The position numbers and the translations under genes are program-made. The notes under the pieces are model-generated. The model saw nothing but the letters and a program-made list of their open reading frames with translations, was not told the DNA's origin and did not search any database. From Macrostomum lignano (lineage: Eukaryota): 64,000 nt of DNA. Positions 60,301-64,000 of the stretch are shown here, in pieces. The stretch covers positions 57,143-121,142 of the forward strand of contig NIVC01000462.1 in assembly GCA_002269645.1 (NCBI GenBank), written 5' to 3'. Each line of letters starts with the position of its first letter. The first letter of the stretch is position 1.

Positions 60301-60780
60301 ACAAAAATAGTGATAGAAAGCACAAGCGGTTGCCATAGCGACTTTGTAGTGGGCAGGCTGAGACCAGAAAGAAGGGAGGATCTCAGCGATGGGATGCGAG
60401 TATAATTTAGGAGACAGAGCACAAAATTTGTCTCACTGCCATGAGATAGAAATAAGTGTGCATAGAGACATGATTAGCTGTGTGGTGCCTCGAGATTGAC
60501 GGCTCAAATTTAGCGCAAAGGCGAGAGGGCGGTCAGGGGGCGCATGGATCAGTGAGAAGAGGAGTTGAAGAATCCTACTTAACCGCGACTGCATCAAAAA
60601 TTTCAAAATTTCTGTTTCAATTTAGCACTGCAACTCTGTACTATTTCAATGTATCAGTTCATGACTTTCACGACAGTGGGCTTCACGTAGTCTCAATGCT
60701 CTGCAAAATATCATATGCCAAAAGACGTCGAAAACTTTGCCAAACACCAGGCACTGGCTCGTCTCATAGCTCAATGACGT

Positions 60781-62649
60781 TCAGGTGAGCATGAGAATCT
60801 CCAGCTGTTTGAAGCTGTAGTACCTTCCATCAGTGATGTTTGTAGGGGCATTGCGATACCAAAAGATGCCTTTGGCCCGGTCTGCAGCTGACACATTCAG
60901 GGCTGTTGGGTAGTTGAAGTACCTGCCGAACGGACCGGAGTTGTGGCAGCATGCGTGCCAGTGAGGCTGCTCGTATTGCACTGCACAGTTACTAAAACAA
61001 ACACTCAATCCGCGATCTCGAGTGACAAACTGCCTGTTCAATCCTTTAATCAGGCAGTCATCAAGGCCTCCAGCCGGTGCGTAGGTGAAGGCAGAAATCG
61101 TGTAGTTGGTGCTCTCGGCCAGAATGAGCACGTTCAGGTAGTAGGCATAGATGTAGGCGTCGTTCCAGTACAGCAGGTCGACGCGGAACCGGTTGCTGGG
61201 CTGAGCGCTGGTCCGATTGTGCAGCCACTCCAGGCCTGGCGTTATGAAATTCGCAGGTAATGAAATTGCATGTTGGTTCTCAACAATTGAACTAAATAAA
61301 CAAGCCAGCGCACAGAGAAAGAAATCACTAGAGAGGGCCCCTTTTTAAAATTCCAATAGCAAATAACAAGCGGAACTTTCTGCAACTAGAAGAGACAATA
61401 TTTCATATATGTGCCAGACCATTGGGGGTTTGGTTGATTGCCATGGCTCCAATTTATCACTTTTGTCACATCCAATTTGACTCCAACATCGAGTACTAGC
61501 ATGTAGAATTGAAAGTTCCGCCTCACCAGCAAAGTAGTTGCCGTGATAAGTGCCGAAGCCGGTCTTGTACTCGGCCCAGAGCCGGTCGAAGCTCAGCGCG
61601 TCCGACACTCGCAGGTTGACGGTCTCGAAGCACTGCTGAGTGCCCACAGTGTAGAACTCCTGCGTTTGAAGTTTGACGTGCAATGTAAAGAAAAGAGTCT
61701 ACTGTGGTAGCCCTGATCAAGCACTGCTTTCCCAACACTCACATAGACGGCCAGCTCAGAGCTGTTTGGAGGCTGCTCGAACCAGCGGCACAGCGGGTAG
61801 TCGGTGAGAAGAGAGCAGTTGCTGGAGTTGAACACAATCCCACGACAGGCCGGCACCTCGCTGCACTTGTCAACGCAGCGAACGAGCGATGAGACAGCCG
61901 GCTGGTGCTGAAGAAAGGCGGCGATGATCTTCACCGAGTTGCTGGGAATATGGACCCGCTTGTGCGTCACGTTCCGATCCACCAGGTACGCTGTGAAATA
62001 TGGATTTTGGGGATGGATTTGATGGGCAATAAGGTGAGAAAAGCTAGCATCAGCGTTGAAACTGGCTGGATTGCATCAACCTTTCCATGCTTATGCTAGA
62101 ACCCATCGCTTAAACAGACCACAGGTGTAAGACTAGGTTTTCATCGAAAAACTCACCAAGTAGGCGTGCGGCGTCGGTGCCTCTGAGCAGCTGCTGCTCA
62201 AAGTCGCCAGCCTTCCAGATCTGCACACCGTACTCAGGCCGAATCTCCCTGGCAACAAAGCTGCTGCTGCTCAAGCCCGGCTCGCTCGCATTGTAGATGA
62301 CGAGCACCTGGCATTCGAGGATCGCGTCTTTTTTGACGACTGCGACAGCGCAGGACGTTGCCCAGCACTTCCACAGGCAGAGAACATCTGATCGAACACC
62401 CGTCTCGTTGAGCAGCTCGCTGCTCACGTAGCTGCCGATGCCGATGAAGCCGCTGGTCACCCGATCGTAGAGACCTCCGGTGAGGGCGCTGGGGTCTGCG
62501 GCGGAGACCACAGCTGAAAGGGGTGTGAGTGAGCAGTGAGTGAGTAGAGTCTCTCCATCAAGGTGGCACCATTTTCATGCAGACTCACCCGTGAGCAGCT
62601 GGCACAGAAGCAGCTGCAGCGGCTCGGACCGCTTGGCTGTCAGCTTCAT
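60781..62649 (-). CDS. Secreted PAN-like + PAN/apple + divergent fibrinogen-related (FReD) domain protein, 417 aa, 5 exons
   Basis: Exons 62649-62589, 62513-62157, 61990-61743, 61659-61527, 61235-60781 (1254 nt, GT-AG, in phase). Signal-like MKLTAKRSEPLQLLLCQLLTAVVSA; PAN-type Cys patterns (CLWKCWATSC..ECQV; CVDKCSEVPACRGIVF..NCSLL); FReD motifs SFDRLWAEYKTGFG, GLEWLHNRT, FRVDLLYW, FVTRDR..NCA, GIFWY..YSFKQLEILM. An upstream in-frame ATG exists, so the start is uncertain. Confidence 0.82.
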
Positions 62650-62924
62650 TGCAGGCAGCTGAGTTGCTGGGCAGATTTTACAGTCAGCGATCGGCTCTGC
62701 TGATGCGAGATGATCCGCGATGGAGCTCAGCTCCTGATGGGGCTCCTGAAATATGGGATTCTGCCGCCCCCAGAGCTGATAAATACAAGCTGGTTGCCAA
62801 GCGCCTGACAAACCACCCATCGCCGCTCTTTCTCCACTGTACACGGCTGTTTCGCAGTGCCCAGTTATGGTGCAGCGGCTCGGTAGCCATTGGTTCCTTG
62901 ATTTGGGGGCGGTGATGGCTGTTT

Positions 62925-63357
62925 GGCCTGGGGCTGTCTTCCCATCTCTTCAACAACTGCTGTACGCTCATGTCGAATCTTAGTTGTTTAGATTTTTACC
63001 TCTAACCCCTCGGCCTCCCTCCTTCTTTGGCTCTCTTGTCTCCATTAAATGATTGGCTAGCAACAGCATGGCAACAAGCAGCATTCCGTGAGCGAGAAAA
63101 GTGTGGACTAAGGCAGAAAGATACGACTGAGAGTTGACGACGCCTCTTGGCGTTTATTAGATCAGCATTCAGGCTGTCTGGCTTGGGGCAGCTTCCTATC
63201 TGTTTATCAACTGCTGGGTGCTCATGTCGAGTCTTTATGGTTGGGTGGCTTGGTCTTCTCCTGCTCCACCTCTTCGCCTCCCACCTACCCTGTCTCTTTT
63301 GCTTCTATTAAACTACCGGCTAGCAACAGCTAGCATAGCAACAAGCAGCATTTCCTG
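62925..63357. repeat. Diverged ~260-bp-period tandem duplication upstream of the PAN-FReD gene
   Basis: CAACTGCTG..GCTCATGTCGA..GGCTAGCAACAGC..GCAACAAGCAGCATT occurs at ~62950-63088 and ~63208-63355. Confidence 0.7.
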
Positions 63358-63489
63358 GGCGAATGTGCTTAGTTAACAATTGCTTGAAATATTTTCAGCT
63401 TAATTTGATGGGCAAAGAATATTATTTAGAACTCAATTCCAAAAAAATTTACAAGAAAAAGACGCAAAAGCTTAAAAGTAAATTCAATT

Positions 63490-63760
63490 GTCATTTAGGG
63501 TCAGATGGCACGCCGCATCTCGAGCGAGCGTTCCAAATGTTAAAGAAGTCAGCCTTCAATCTATTAATTCTCCTTATTGCACGGCAGCTGCGGTGCGAGC
63601 TTCTGGAGTCCGCAAATTTGGGCCATCCGGGCATTGTAGGACCAAACAGCAGCTTCGCGAATTCACCTGTTGGCCAAGCATGGACGCCTACATTGAAACG
63701 TTCGTCAGAGATACTCTGATGTCCGCGACCCTGGGTACCGCGTCCCTTTGTGGTTTGCCC
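63490..63760 (+). mobile_element. Degenerate Gypsy integrase zinc-binding (H2C2) fragment
   Basis: Two frames join across a 1-nt frameshift: LRCELLESANLGHPGIV / RTKQQLREFTCWPSMDAYIETFVRD, matching H....HPG...T...L....WP.M...I..FV..C. Confidence 0.75.
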
Positions 63761-64000
63761 ACAATCCTTTATCATGGCTTTTGAATAATGGATAACAAAC
63801 AATGGATAAGACTTCAACCTACTGGTAGGGCCCTTCTAAACTTTAACCTTAGTCCAAGGCCGGTTCCGCTGGCAGATCCCAACCGGAGCTCTTGAAACCA
63901 ATTAGGTGCCCTCGAAAAACCTAATGGCCCTGCCGGTGGATCAAAGTTAACCGCTAGCTCTGAACCGAATCGGGCAGCTCGAATGGCTCAAACGCACTGA

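Noticed and set aside
59845-60325. Overlapping minus-strand ORFs downstream of the PAN-FReD gene
   Set aside because: No coherent splice or phase model, no recognisable domain, non-ATG starts.

Overview
Eukaryotic (metazoan) genomic DNA with GC-rich exons, 75-150 nt minimal introns and very high minisatellite content. The style suggests a macrostomid flatworm such as Macrostomum; this is inference and cannot be verified here. Exon chains were built by hand from GT-AG sites with phase checks. Two conserved housekeeping genes lie on +: EFR3 (12 coding exons, 22360-33557, ~867 aa) and CSTF3/CstF-77 (9 coding exons, 37562-46456, ~755 aa). Nearly all of their larger introns are filled by their own tandem repeat. 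Accessory genes are a secreted WSC+PAN protein (2355-3191) with an orphan paralogous exon, a tandem pair of unnamed His-motif/glycine-zipper proteins (8436-9914 intact; 11153-11833 lesioned), and a secreted PAN-like+PAN+fibrinogen-domain protein (60781-62649, -) with a decayed paralog at 48-49 kb. Mobile DNA includes an RTE LINE fragment, a hAT-type MITE with an 8-bp TSD, other MITE/foldback elements, tRNA-derived SINEs and Gypsy gag/RNaseH/integrase fragments. The most striking element is a recent three-LTR non-coding retroelement (55574-57983, 5-bp TSD, tRNA-Lys PBS) inserted in an ~8.6-kb satellite; one of its units has only 34 bp between LTRs. No CRISPR array, rRNA or bona fide tRNA gene was found, and most long ORFs in the track are translations of tandem repeats.
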